Assembly (NCBI GenBank): GCA_016928235.1
Contig: JAFGLD010000036.1
Coordinates: forward strand, 3,646 to 67,645
Reading direction: 5' to 3'
Source of the DNA: Anaerolineae bacterium
GTDB taxonomy: Bacteria > Chloroflexota > Anaerolineae > Aggregatilineales > UBA3940
Length of the DNA stretch: 64,000 bases
Below, piece after piece: positions 19,857 through 29,042 of this stretch. How positions within the stretch are numbered: position 1 is the first letter of the stretch; each line of letters begins with the position of its first letter. The notes beneath the pieces were generated by a model that saw only the letters and a list, made by a program, of their open reading frames with translations, was not told the origin of the DNA and searched no databases. The position numbers and the translations under genes are program-made.

Positions 19857-22433
19857 CTAGCTAATATCTCCTGGGCTGTTGAGTCTGGCAACGCGCTCGG
19901 CCAGGGCCTGATGCTCTGGCATGTGAAGCTCAGGGTCATGTTCATACACGGCTCTTGCCTCGCGCTGCACCTGTTCAACCAGGCGCGAATCCATCAAATT
20001 GGCGAAGTGGAGGTCGCCAAGCCCACTTTGGCGGTAGCCCAACAGATCTCCTGCTCCGCGCAGTTCCCAATCGATCTGGGCCAGCCGGAAGCCGTCGGTT
20101 GTCTCTTCCATGGCCTTCAACCGCTCGTCTGTGTCAAAGAAGGCATTGTCAGATATCAGCAAACAGTAGCCTTGGTGTCCTCCTCGACCCACACGCCCTC
20201 GTAGCTGATGCAGTTGAGCCAATCCGAATCGATTGGCATCTTCGATGATCATGACGGTTGCATTGGGGACGTCGATGCCTACCTCGATCACAGAAGTGCT
20301 CACCAGGATGTCGATCTCGCCCTGATAGAAGGCAGCCATAGTTGCCTCTTTTTCGTCCGGACGCATACGCCCATGCAGCAGGCCGAGACGTAGATCGGGA
20401 AAGATGGTCCCTTGTAGGCGTTTGTACTCAGCAGTGGCTGCGCGGGCTGCCAGCTTATCGCTTTCTTCGACGAGCGGATAGATGATGAAGGCTTGGTGGC
20501 CGTTCTGTATCTGGCTCCGGATGAAGGCATAGGCGCGCTCGCGCTCCTTTGGCTGCAAAATACGTGTCTGGACAGGCTCGCGGCCTGGCGGCATTTCATC
20601 GATGATTGACAGATCCAGGTCGGCATGCAGGGTCAAGGCCAGCGTACGCGGGATCGGTGTGGCAGTCATCACCAGCAGATGAGGGTTGCCGTCACCTGCT
20701 TTGTCGCGCAGCGCGCCACGCTGGGCAACCCCAAACCGGTGCTGCTCATCGATGACGGCCAGACCCAGGCGAGCAAATCCGACTTCCGGCTGGATCAAAG
20801 CGTGCGTTCCGATAACCGCATGGATAGTGCCCCGTGCCAGGCCATCGTAAATTACTTCGCGCTCGCTTTGAGGCGTGTTCCCAGTTAGCAACGCGATAGA
20901 GACATGCTCTCGCAGATTGCTTTCGCCGAAAATGGCGCATAGGTTGGTGTAGTGCTGCTCGGCCAGGATGCTGGTCGGGGCCATGAGAGCAGTCTGGGCG
21001 CCGTTGGCAACGACGATCCCCATGGCCAGCGCGGCGACTACCGTTTTGCCGCTCCCAACATCGCCTTGCAGCAGTCGATTCATGGGGATGTTGCCGGCGA
21101 TATCGCGCCGGATGTCTGCGATGGCATTCTGTTGTGCTGTCGTTAATGGATAGGGCAAGGCTTGTAAGAAGGCATCGATCCAGGTATCGTCGACGCTCAA
21201 TGGTATGCCTTGCCGGCTCTGCCAGAGATATCTCTGTTGGAGCATCCCCAGGTGCAGGGTGAATAGATCGTCAAATGCCAGCCGGTGGAGTGCTGTCTCT
21301 TTGTCTTCCAGGCTGTCTGGAAAGTGTGCTTGTGAGATGGCATCGCCAAAATCCATCAGATCGGCGCTCTCGCGCACGCTGATTGGCAGATAGTCGGGTA
21401 GCTTCAATGCCCAGGTATCCACTGCCTGCTTGATCAGCCGGCGTAGCGATTTGCCGGTGATGCCTTTACTGAGCGGATAAACCGGCACGATCCGCCCTGC
21501 CTGAAGCCACTCGCTTTCCAGCGGCTCCATTTCCGGTGAGTTCATCACCAGTCGCCCCAGATACTGCTCAACCTTGCCGCTGACGACAACCATCTCGCCC
21601 TCTTTGATCTGCTCGGCCATCCAGGGTTGGTTGAACCAGTTCAGGCGCAGCGCGCCGCTCTCATCTTCCAGGTAGACTTCGATGCGCGCTGTTCCTTGTT
21701 TGGTGTGGATTGTCTGGAGGCGCGCCAACACGCCGATCACAGCGACTTCTTCGCCGACTTGCAGTTTCTGGATAATTTTCATCTGGCTGTAATCATCGTA
21801 ACGACGCGGGAAGTGAAAGAGCAGGTCACGGGTCGTGTGAAGTTCCAGTTTCGCCAGTTGCTCGGCGCGTTTATCGCCGATGCCGTGGAGCTGGGAGAGA
21901 GGTTGCCCTAGCTGATGATCCAGATTGGGATCAGCGGGTGGTGTTTCTCGCCATGCATAGCCCCGGCGATCTCGCGTCGATTGTGGAATGGCGACACTCT
22001 CCCGCTTTGCATCGGTCGGTGAGCGAGATGGGGTAGGGGGGGCGGCTATCTCGTCATCATATATCTTGTCCACCACCTGGTCTGGTGCCGAATCATCGAT
22101 ATCTACATTGCCGGCAGTCTTGATTGTGGGAATAGCTGGAATAGTAACGGCTCTTTCCGGCGCCTCCCCGATGTCGGTCTGGCCGCTGGCCAGCGCGATG
22201 ATAACTTCGATTTCTGCCGGTCGTTGAGCCTCGGTGAGTATCTCATACTCGCGCAGGCGGCCGGCGATTTCATCGACGAGTACATGATGGCTGTCGGTTT
22301 TGGCCTGGCCATGGGCTTCACGTGCCCAGTGGTAGGCAAACCGCGCAAAGCCACCAATGACGGCTTTGTTTTGGTAGTCCTTCTGCTGTTCCAGCCGCAG
22401 TATTTTGATCAGAGTTTGCAGTGAAGAAGCCAC
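19857..22433 (-). CDS. recG: ATP-dependent DNA helicase RecG (long N-terminal extension)
   Basis: Wedge/OB region, Walker A GDVGSGKT, DEQHRFG, and QLHQLRGRVGRG helicase motif VI. It has about 170 aa more N-terminal sequence than E. coli RecG. Confidence 0.95.
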   Translation of the reverse strand: MASSLQTLIKILRLEQQKDYQNKAVIGGFARFAYHWAREAHGQAKTDSHHVLVDEIAGRLREYEILTEAQRPAEIEVIIALASGQTDIGEAPERAVTIPAIPTIKTAGNVDIDDSAPDQVVDKIYDDEIAAPPTPSRSPTDAKRESVAIPQSTRDRRGYAWRETPPADPNLDHQLGQPLSQLHGIGDKRAEQLAKLELHTTRDLLFHFPRRYDDYSQMKIIQKLQVGEEVAVIGVLARLQTIHTKQGTARIEVYLEDESGALRLNWFNQPWMAEQIKEGEMVVVSGKVEQYLGRLVMNSPEMEPLESEWLQAGRIVPVYPLSKGITGKSLRRLIKQAVDTWALKLPDYLPISVRESADLMDFGDAISQAHFPDSLEDKETALHRLAFDDLFTLHLGMLQQRYLWQSRQGIPLSVDDTWIDAFLQALPYPLTTAQQNAIADIRRDIAGNIPMNRLLQGDVGSGKTVVAALAMGIVVANGAQTALMAPTSILAEQHYTNLCAIFGESNLREHVSIALLTGNTPQSEREVIYDGLARGTIHAVIGTHALIQPEVGFARLGLAVIDEQHRFGVAQRGALRDKAGDGNPHLLVMTATPIPRTLALTLHADLDLSIIDEMPPGREPVQTRILQPKERERAYAFIRSQIQNGHQAFIIYPLVEESDKLAARAATAEYKRLQGTIFPDLRLGLLHGRMRPDEKEATMAAFYQGEIDILVSTSVIEVGIDVPNATVMIIEDANRFGLAQLHQLRGRVGRGGHQGYCLLISDNAFFDTDERLKAMEETTDGFRLAQIDWELRGAGDLLGYRQSGLGDLHFANLMDSRLVEQVQREARAVYEHDPELHMPEHQALAERVARLNSPGDIS

Positions 22434-22470
22434 AGCGTTTTTTATTCCCTTTCCCTGTTGTGACTGCCGT

Positions 22471-23358
22471 CTAGTCGAGCAGGTCGTCGTCGGGCTCGCC
22501 TTCCAGTACGATCATGCCCATGCCGTCTGGTCCGATGATACTGGCGACGAGTGGCTCGTATAATGTAACGGGATACTGAAGCCGCGAGAAAGCCAAAGCC
22601 AGTCGATCTTGGAGCATGCGCGTGTGATCGGTATTCCGTACCGTATTCTGGACGATCCCCAGTCTTTCGATGTGCGTAAACTCGGCAACGAACTCTACCA
22701 TCTTGTCGATGGCTTGAGAATGGGTTCGCACTTTCTCCATGACGATCATTTTACCATCTTCGATGGTTAAGACAGGTTTGATGGTCAGCATGGCTCCCAG
22801 GATGGCCTGTGTTTCCCCGATCAACCCGGCTTTCTGAATATAGTCCAGCGTGTTGACGTAGTAAACGCTGTAAATGCGCGGGATCACGCTACGGGCGATA
22901 TGCACAACCTCATCGAGGGTAGCGCCTGCGTGAGCAGCTTTCGCGACGGCCTCCACCAGGTATCCCAGCCCAAGCGATGTGGTCTGCGAGTCGATTACCA
23001 TGATTTCGCAGCGACCCAGCAAACCTGATCGGGCCATCTGTGCATGGGCAAGGGTCTCCGTCAAATGCCTGGCATGGAGGATTACGCAGATTTGATCGGT
23101 CATTTTGCCGAGCGTCTGATAAGCTTCCTCGAACGTGTTAATGGGGGGAGGCAGTATGGTAAGCGGCGTGCCCAAATGTTGAAGCCGGTGAAGGACTTCT
23201 TCCGCGTTGATGTCGATGCCGTCTCGCAGTATCTGATCTCCGAAACGAAGATGCAGAGGCAGAATTGTGATGCCATGCTCCTCGGCGAAATGGGCATTCT
23301 CAAAACAAACAGTGCTATCTGTGATGATCCGAACCCTGGTCAAAAACTCCTCCAACAA
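22471..23358 (-). CDS. DegV family fatty-acid-binding protein (FakB-like)
   Basis: RIITDSTVCF..., 295 aa, typical DegV length. It is adjacent to a DAK2/FakA-like gene. Confidence 0.88.
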   Translation of the reverse strand: MLEEFLTRVRIITDSTVCFENAHFAEEHGITILPLHLRFGDQILRDGIDINAEEVLHRLQHLGTPLTILPPPINTFEEAYQTLGKMTDQICVILHARHLTETLAHAQMARSGLLGRCEIMVIDSQTTSLGLGYLVEAVAKAAHAGATLDEVVHIARSVIPRIYSVYYVNTLDYIQKAGLIGETQAILGAMLTIKPVLTIEDGKMIVMEKVRTHSQAIDKMVEFVAEFTHIERLGIVQNTVRNTDHTRMLQDRLALAFSRLQYPVTLYEPLVASIIGPDGMGMIVLEGEPDDDLLD

Positions 23359-23474
23359 CCCTGTGCTATGTATTTAGTCGATAACAGCGATCAGTCCTCG
23401 GCCTACATCTGTCAAACGTGACGAAAACAAGCTAAGAGCCGAAAAACTTAACAGCCGGCAGACATCAAAACTGC

Positions 23475-25172
23475 CTATTCCGCGCTAATGATGTAGAAGT
23501 AGTGCGGTTGTCCTCCTTCTCGTACCTCAACATCGTGATCGGGGTATTGCCTGGCAAGATGGTCTGCCAATGCCTGGGCATCGCGCAGAGTGACATCGCT
23601 GCCATAATACAGGGTGATCAACTCTAAATCACCGGCGCCCATCTCTTCGAGTAGATCGCCGACAACTTCGGTAATGGTGTTGCCTGCCACGCGCAGGACG
23701 TCGTTATGCAGGCCAATAATCTGCCCTTTTTTGACTTTCACGCCATCCAGTGTGACATTGCGCGTAGCCGTTGTGACCTCGCCGGTCTCGACGGTTGTGC
23801 TGGCCGACTTCATGGCTGCCACCACCTCTTCGATATTGCCTTGTGGATCAAGGACCAGCAGGGCGGCAACTCCTTGGGGGATGGTGGTTGTTGGGACAAC
23901 ATGAACTTGCTTATTATTGACCAGCTGAGTGGCTTGTTGGGCAGCTAGCATGATATTCTTGTTGTTGGGCAGGATGATGATCTTGTCGGTTGGCAGGCTG
24001 TTGATGGCCTCGGTAATTTCTTCTGTGCTGGGGTTCATGGTTTGCCCACCGGAGATCACCCGCCCGGCGCCAACGCTGTAAAAAATCTGGGACAGCCCAT
24101 CGCCTGGAGCGACGGTAACGGCGGCAATGGTTCCCTCGGAGATCTGGGGGGGGGCGATAGATGGTTTGCCTGTCAGATGTGGCGCATGCTCATGAGCGGC
24201 GAACTCATGGTATTGCTCCTGCATGTTCTCGACGACCACATCTAAAAGGATACCTCGATCGGCGCCATAGCTCAATGGTACGCCGGGGTTGTGGACATGA
24301 ACATGCACTTTGATCAAGGCGACATCGCCAACGACCAATGTCGAATCGCCCATTGCCTCGATATCTGCCCGGACCTGGTCGACGTCCAGGTTTTCTCCCT
24401 TGAGAAGAAATTGGACATCGTAGCCGTAACCCAGTTCGTCGTGTGGCTCCAGCGTGCTGTGTAAGATTGACGCACCCTCAATAGGCTCTTCGACGGCCAG
24501 ACTTTCTCCGTTGAGCTGACGTAACATACCCTCTACAATGAACGCAAGACCCATCCCGCCCGAATCGACTACACCTGCGTCGCGCAGCACGGCCAGCAGC
24601 TCCGGCGTGTGCCTGACCGAATCGTGGCAGCGTTCCACGACGTGCTTCAAGATCTCTCTCGGATCTGAGGTTTGTGTTGAGACCAGGGCAGCTTCTTCGG
24701 ATGCCTCGCGGGCTACGGTCAGGATTGTTCCTTCGACAGGTGTCTGGACGGCCTGGTAGGCTGTTCGTGTGGCCTCTTGCAAACCCTTGACCAGAGCATT
24801 AGCATCAAGTTGGGCATGCTGTTCGACGCCCCTCGCGAAGCCGCGCCACAACTGAGACAGGATGACACCGGAGTTGCCGCGAGCGCCCATCAGTGCACCG
24901 TTATAGACGCGCTGGGCCATCAAGCCAAGATGTGTTTCCTCGCTGGCAGCGATCTCCTTCCAGGCACTTCGCATCGTCAGCAGCATGTTGGTGCCGGTAT
25001 CGCCATCCGGTACCGGAAATACATTGAGCGCATTGACTTTCTCGTGGTTCTGATCGAGCCAGGCAAGACCGGCCTGAACCAGAGCCTTGAACACCCGCCC
25101 GTCACAACGTGTTTTCTCTGTATTGGCGGCGTGTTGTTTTGTGCTTGTTGCCATGAGTGGTGCTGCCTCCAT
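23475..25172 (-). CDS. DAK2-domain protein (YloV/FakA-like fatty acid kinase subunit)
   Basis: DhaL-type motif VFPVPDGDTGTNMLLTM. 565 aa, in the conserved Asp23 - DAK2 - DegV - recG context. Confidence 0.9.
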   Translation of the reverse strand: MEAAPLMATSTKQHAANTEKTRCDGRVFKALVQAGLAWLDQNHEKVNALNVFPVPDGDTGTNMLLTMRSAWKEIAASEETHLGLMAQRVYNGALMGARGNSGVILSQLWRGFARGVEQHAQLDANALVKGLQEATRTAYQAVQTPVEGTILTVAREASEEAALVSTQTSDPREILKHVVERCHDSVRHTPELLAVLRDAGVVDSGGMGLAFIVEGMLRQLNGESLAVEEPIEGASILHSTLEPHDELGYGYDVQFLLKGENLDVDQVRADIEAMGDSTLVVGDVALIKVHVHVHNPGVPLSYGADRGILLDVVVENMQEQYHEFAAHEHAPHLTGKPSIAPPQISEGTIAAVTVAPGDGLSQIFYSVGAGRVISGGQTMNPSTEEITEAINSLPTDKIIILPNNKNIMLAAQQATQLVNNKQVHVVPTTTIPQGVAALLVLDPQGNIEEVVAAMKSASTTVETGEVTTATRNVTLDGVKVKKGQIIGLHNDVLRVAGNTITEVVGDLLEEMGAGDLELITLYYGSDVTLRDAQALADHLARQYPDHDVEVREGGQPHYFYIISAE

Positions 25173-25188
25173 CGGCCGCTCGGCCTGC

Positions 25189-25566
25189 CTATTTGGCGCT
25201 CATCAGGCGCAACCCCTGTACATATATGTTGACCTGTTGCACAGGAATCCCGAGGGCCTTCTCGACATTGAAACGCACAGCATTGATCACGCTTTCGGCT
25301 ACCGATGTGATGCGCGTCCCATGCTGCATAATGACGTAGACGTCAATGGTAATCTTCCCTTGTTCCAACCGGACATCAATGCCGTGATGAGGATCGTTTG
25401 TCAGGGTGGCTGCCAGCTCGTTGAAGGCGTTCTTGGATGCCATTCCCACGACGCCGTAGCTGGTCAGCAAAGCATGACTGGCGATAGTTGCCACAGCTTT
25501 GGGTGATACATGAATCGTGCCCAGGTTTGCTTCAGGTTTCTTACTCATCGTTTTATGCCTTGTCAA
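25189..25566 (-). CDS. Asp23/Gls24 family protein
   Basis: IHVSPKAVATIASHALLTSYGVVGM...VNIYVQGL. The start is possibly ATG 25548 (MSKKPE). Confidence 0.85.
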   Translation of the reverse strand: MTRHKTMSKKPEANLGTIHVSPKAVATIASHALLTSYGVVGMASKNAFNELAATLTNDPHHGIDVRLEQGKITIDVYVIMQHGTRITSVAESVINAVRFNVEKALGIPVQQVNIYVQGLRLMSAK

Positions 25567-25634
25567 ATCCGGATGGCTGAGGTATTCTCAGCCTCGTATT
25601 GATGGAAACACCTCAAACTAGAAAAGGTGATGTT

Positions 25635-25820
25635 ATGGCTGTTTGTGAGATATGTGGTAAGAAGACTATGACCGGGAACAACGTCAGTTTTTCCCAACGA
25701 CATACCAGGCGCAAGTTCAAGCCCAACATTCAGAAGACCAAAATTCTTCGGGATGGTAAGCTGGTGAGCATCAAAGTCTGCACCAAGTGCTTGAAGACTA
25801 TGAGCAAGGATGAGATCTAG
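25635..25820 (+). CDS. rpmB: 50S ribosomal protein L28
   Basis: Start trimmed to MAVCEICGKKTMTGNNVSFSQRHTRRKFKPNIQ; the AAGGTGA RBS lies just upstream. Confidence 0.92.
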   Translation: MAVCEICGKKTMTGNNVSFSQRHTRRKFKPNIQKTKILRDGKLVSIKVCTKCLKTMSKDEI

Positions 25821-25848
25821 GTCACATAGTCTGCTCATATCAGGCACA

Positions 25849-25877
25849 AAAAGGGCCTTTGAGGCCCTTTTTTGTTT
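25849..25877 (+). terminator. intrinsic terminator after rpmB
   Basis: AAAAGGGCC-TTTGA-GGCCCTTTT followed by a TTGTTT run. Confidence 0.8.
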
Positions 25878-25885
25878 CCCGCGAA

Positions 25886-26557
25886 TCAGGTGCTCTGGGC
25901 GGCTTTCCTGAGTGCAAGTATTTCGGCTCCAATTGAATTCTCGCCTTGGAAGATCGCATGCCCAGCAATCAGGATGTTGGCGCCTGCTTGGGTAACCCGG
26001 CTTGCGGTCGTAAGATTGATTCCCCCGTCGACCGCCAGGTTAGCCTGTGGATTCTCCCGATCGAGCATCGACCGCGCCTGTTCAATTCTGGTGATGGACT
26101 GCTCGATGAACGTCTGGCCCCCAAACCCGGCATTGACCGACATGACCAGCACCTGATCGATATCAGTAATCACCTCGCTGATGTCAGTGATTGGCGTGTC
26201 CGGGTTCAGCGTGATACCTGCCCGTAGCCCCATATCACGGATACGTTGCAAACTCTGGCGGATGTTTTGGCAGACTTCGATATGGATGGTCAGCGCGTCC
26301 GCGCCTGATTTTGCAAAAGCCTCCAGGTAGCGATCCGGCTCACTGAGCATCAGGTGTACATCAAGCGGCAGGCTGGTTGAGCGGCGAACCGCCTCAATGA
26401 CGACAGGGCCGATCGTGATGTTGGGCACAAAATGCCCATCCATGACATCGACGTGTATCAGGTCTGCGCCCGCCGCTTCCGCCTCGGCGATTTGTTCTCC
26501 CAGCCGGGCAAAGTCGGCTGCCAGGATCGATGGTGCGATCTTCAAATTTGCGTTCAT
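25886..26557 (-). CDS. rpe: ribulose-phosphate 3-epimerase
   Basis: IAPSILAADFARLGE, HVDVMDGHFVPN, MSVNAGFGGQ, VDGGI. Confidence 0.93.
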   Translation of the reverse strand: MNANLKIAPSILAADFARLGEQIAEAEAAGADLIHVDVMDGHFVPNITIGPVVIEAVRRSTSLPLDVHLMLSEPDRYLEAFAKSGADALTIHIEVCQNIRQSLQRIRDMGLRAGITLNPDTPITDISEVITDIDQVLVMSVNAGFGGQTFIEQSITRIEQARSMLDRENPQANLAVDGGINLTTASRVTQAGANILIAGHAIFQGENSIGAEILALRKAAQST

Positions 26558-26621
26558 GTTGCTTCGAAGTGTAACATGCCGCTATATCAATATGCAATAG
26601 CAATAAGAGGATATTCCTATT

Positions 26622-27548
26622 ATGTCAGACGATAAACCGCATGTGACCATTTTTACCGACGGCGGTGCCGACCCCAATCCCGGGCCGGGTGGCTGGGGTG
26701 TTGTGCTTATCAACAATGCGACAGATACAGTCAAGGAGCTTTCCGGTGGCGAGCCGGATACTACCAACAATCGCATGGAGCTGATGGCCGCCATCTGCGC
26801 GCTCGAATCGCTCACCCGGCCAAGCGTGGTTGACTTATTTACCGATTCCCAGTATCTGCGCCGGGGTATCACCGAGTGGCTGCCCGACTGGGAGGCGCGT
26901 GGTTGGCGCCGCAAAGGGGGGGCCATCCAAAATATCGATCTGTGGCAGCGTCTGGCCGAGCTGATAGGGGAGCATGAGATTGCCTGGGAGTGGGTCAAGG
27001 GCCATGCCGGCAATCGCTACAACGAGCGCGCCGACCGGTTGGCGACCCGTGCCATCCGTGCCTATTATGCCGGGGTAGCCGGGCAAGAGCCTGCCCAGGT
27101 TGAGGTATTCCTGGTCGTTTCAGCGCGAGGCAATAAGGGCATGTGGGCGGCATCGATCCGCTCTGATGGCGGCGAGCAGATGCTATCCGGTCATGAGGCT
27201 GGAGTGACCGCCAACCAGCTCGATATCATGGCGGCGGCGCGGGCGCTTGGCGCGCTGCCGGAGGGCGTATCGGCGCGGGTCTACAGCCTGTCCGATTATC
27301 TTCGCAATGGCGCGTCCCAGTGGCTGCCGGCCTGGAAGCGGCGTGGCTGGAAAACCAAGGAAGGTCAGCTGGTCAAGAACCGGGAGCTATGGCAACGCCT
27401 GGATGCCGAGCTGAGCACCCGCCAGGTCGAGTGGCCGCCCGCCAAAGATGATCCGGCTCTGGAGGGCGCCTTCGAGGATCTGGGCCGCCGGGCGCAGGAG
27501 GAATTCGAGCCACCGCATCGTCCCGACGACTGGGTCGATGTCGGCTGA
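26622..27548 (+). CDS. rnhA: RNase HI fused to a second, degenerate RNase H-like domain
   Basis: Domain 1 keeps TDGG (D10), NRMEL (E48), TDSQY (D70), KGHAG (H124) and NERAD (D134). Domain 2 (about residues 165-290) is collinear but reads VVSARG, NQLDI, SLSDY, PPAKDD. Confidence 0.85.
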   Translation: MSDDKPHVTIFTDGGADPNPGPGGWGVVLINNATDTVKELSGGEPDTTNNRMELMAAICALESLTRPSVVDLFTDSQYLRRGITEWLPDWEARGWRRKGGAIQNIDLWQRLAELIGEHEIAWEWVKGHAGNRYNERADRLATRAIRAYYAGVAGQEPAQVEVFLVVSARGNKGMWAASIRSDGGEQMLSGHEAGVTANQLDIMAAARALGALPEGVSARVYSLSDYLRNGASQWLPAWKRRGWKTKEGQLVKNRELWQRLDAELSTRQVEWPPAKDDPALEGAFEDLGRRAQEEFEPPHRPDDWVDVG

Positions 27549-27583
27549 ACACCTGTATTGATATTCATCTTTCCTTTGGTGAC

Positions 27584-27622
27584 AAAATGCTCAGCTATTA
27601 AGTTGAGCATTTTATGATTTTG
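27584..27622 (+). terminator. intrinsic terminator candidate after rnhA
   Basis: AAAATGCTCAGC / GTTGAGCATTTT forms a 12-bp stem (one G-U) with a 6-nt loop, followed by a T-rich tail TATGATTTTG. Confidence 0.6.
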
Positions 27623-27626
27623 TTTG

Positions 27627-27670
27627 CGATATATAGATTATTGATATATACTGAATATTACGATATAGTG
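27627..27670 (+). promoter_or_regulatory. A+T-rich region with three GATATA boxes upstream of the PadR gene (possible operator/promoter)
   Basis: cGATATAtag (27627), tGATATAtac (27641), cGATATAgtg (27661). PadR regulators are usually autoregulated, but the link here is inference only. Confidence 0.25.
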
Positions 27671-27681
27671 CTTTTGTATTT

Positions 27682-28032
27682 GTGTGCCAGCGGAAGGAGC
27701 TTTTCAGTCTTATGAACATCAAAGGTAGTTTACCGTTGTTGATCCTGCACGTTCTGTCATCCCAGCCCCATCATGGATACGAGATTGCCAAGCAAATCAA
27801 CTTACAATCTGGGGGCCTTTTGGATTTCAGGGGCGGAACATTGTATCCCACGCTGCATACCCTGGAGCAGGAGGGATTGATCGAGTCGTACACCCAGGAG
27901 GAAAATGGCCGTCTGCGCCGTTATTACCAGCTCAGGGAAGCGGGACGGACGGCATTGCTCCACGAGCGGGAAGAGTGGTCGGGTTTTGTGAGGGCGGTTA
28001 ACCAGATTCTTGAGGGAGGAGCATCGATATGA
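27682..28032 (+). CDS. PadR family transcriptional regulator
   Basis: LPLLILHVLSSQPHHGYEIAKQI...GTLYPTLHTLEQEGLIESY...RRYYQL. The likely start is ATG 27712. Confidence 0.85.
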   Translation: MCQRKELFSLMNIKGSLPLLILHVLSSQPHHGYEIAKQINLQSGGLLDFRGGTLYPTLHTLEQEGLIESYTQEENGRLRRYYQLREAGRTALLHEREEWSGFVRAVNQILEGGASI

Positions 28033-28949
28033 GTTATCCGACAACTGACGATCTGAATCGGTGGCTGCAACAGGCAATGCTGGGGCTTTCTGGTGAGGTC
28101 CAACAGCGCATCCGCGAGGAGCTGGAGGATCACTATTTGAGCAGTCTTAGTCATCATCAACATGAGGGAGAATCGGATATGGAAGCGCGTCAAAATGCAC
28201 TTATTGAATTGGGCGATGCCAAAGACGCTCAACGAGCTTTTCACGACGCTCATGGCTCGAAGTGGCAGTATCTTCTGGCCGGCATTCTGAGTATGGTAAT
28301 ACCATTGATTCTCGCCGTCACTTTGCTGGTAGAACCGGAGTATCTATTTCGTGAAGGACCCTCGATGTCAAGCCTCGTCGGCATTTGGTACTTGCTCATG
28401 TTTCTGCCTGTTGTTTTGCCTGTTCTTTACGTCATCTATTGTGGATATGGCCTTCTCAAATACCGATTTCACCTCACATTAGAGAGATGGCGTATTGGCC
28501 TGTTTGTTGCAGGTATGCTTGTTTTCTGTTTGCCTGATTGTCTCGACGGGCTATGGATCATCGTTACAGGACATGCATTTTTTACGGAGCCTTACATGGC
28601 GGGAGTCCTGACTGTCCAGCAAGTGGTTGGCTTTGCCGGTTCATTCCTCATCAGTGCCGGACTTCTGGCGATGAGCTATCGCATTAGGCACCTGCCGTTT
28701 TCTCTTTACGGTATGCGGGTGGCGTTAATCGTCTCAGCGTCGATCTGGGGTTTCAGCCAGGTATGTATGACATTACTGAATGTTTTTCCCGACCTGGCAG
28801 CTTCAACTACCCAGGTTTTTTTCTTGGGCGTAGCACTACCCTTGATGACTTTCTGTGTTTGTCTGGGCTGGATGTTTATCAAGGCCGCTTTTATGGGGCA
28901 GATTCCGCTGCCAATCCCAGACATACGGCGGACTGACGCGGTAGTCTGA
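28029..28949 (+). CDS. multi-pass membrane protein with N-terminal helical prefix domain, translationally coupled to PadR
   Basis: ATGA overlap with the PadR stop. The N-terminal soluble helix RIREELEDHYLS resembles DUF1700/permease-prefix. About 6 hydrophobic helices follow. Confidence 0.6.
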   Translation: MSYPTTDDLNRWLQQAMLGLSGEVQQRIREELEDHYLSSLSHHQHEGESDMEARQNALIELGDAKDAQRAFHDAHGSKWQYLLAGILSMVIPLILAVTLLVEPEYLFREGPSMSSLVGIWYLLMFLPVVLPVLYVIYCGYGLLKYRFHLTLERWRIGLFVAGMLVFCLPDCLDGLWIIVTGHAFFTEPYMAGVLTVQQVVGFAGSFLISAGLLAMSYRIRHLPFSLYGMRVALIVSASIWGFSQVCMTLLNVFPDLAASTTQVFFLGVALPLMTFCVCLGWMFIKAAFMGQIPLPIPDIRRTDAVV

Positions 28950-28960
28950 CAGTATCGCTG

Positions 28961-29003
28961 ATGCGCTGCGGGATCTGCTTATGTATCCCGCAGCGCATTT
29001 TAT
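28961..29003. terminator. bidirectional hairpin between convergent genes
   Basis: Perfect 14-bp stem ATGCGCTGCGGGAT / ATCCCGCAGCGCAT with a 10-nt loop, followed by TTTTA. Confidence 0.65.
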
Positions 29004-29042
29004 AGCGAGCATTCGATGGAAGTGCTCCATCATCCCCAACCT

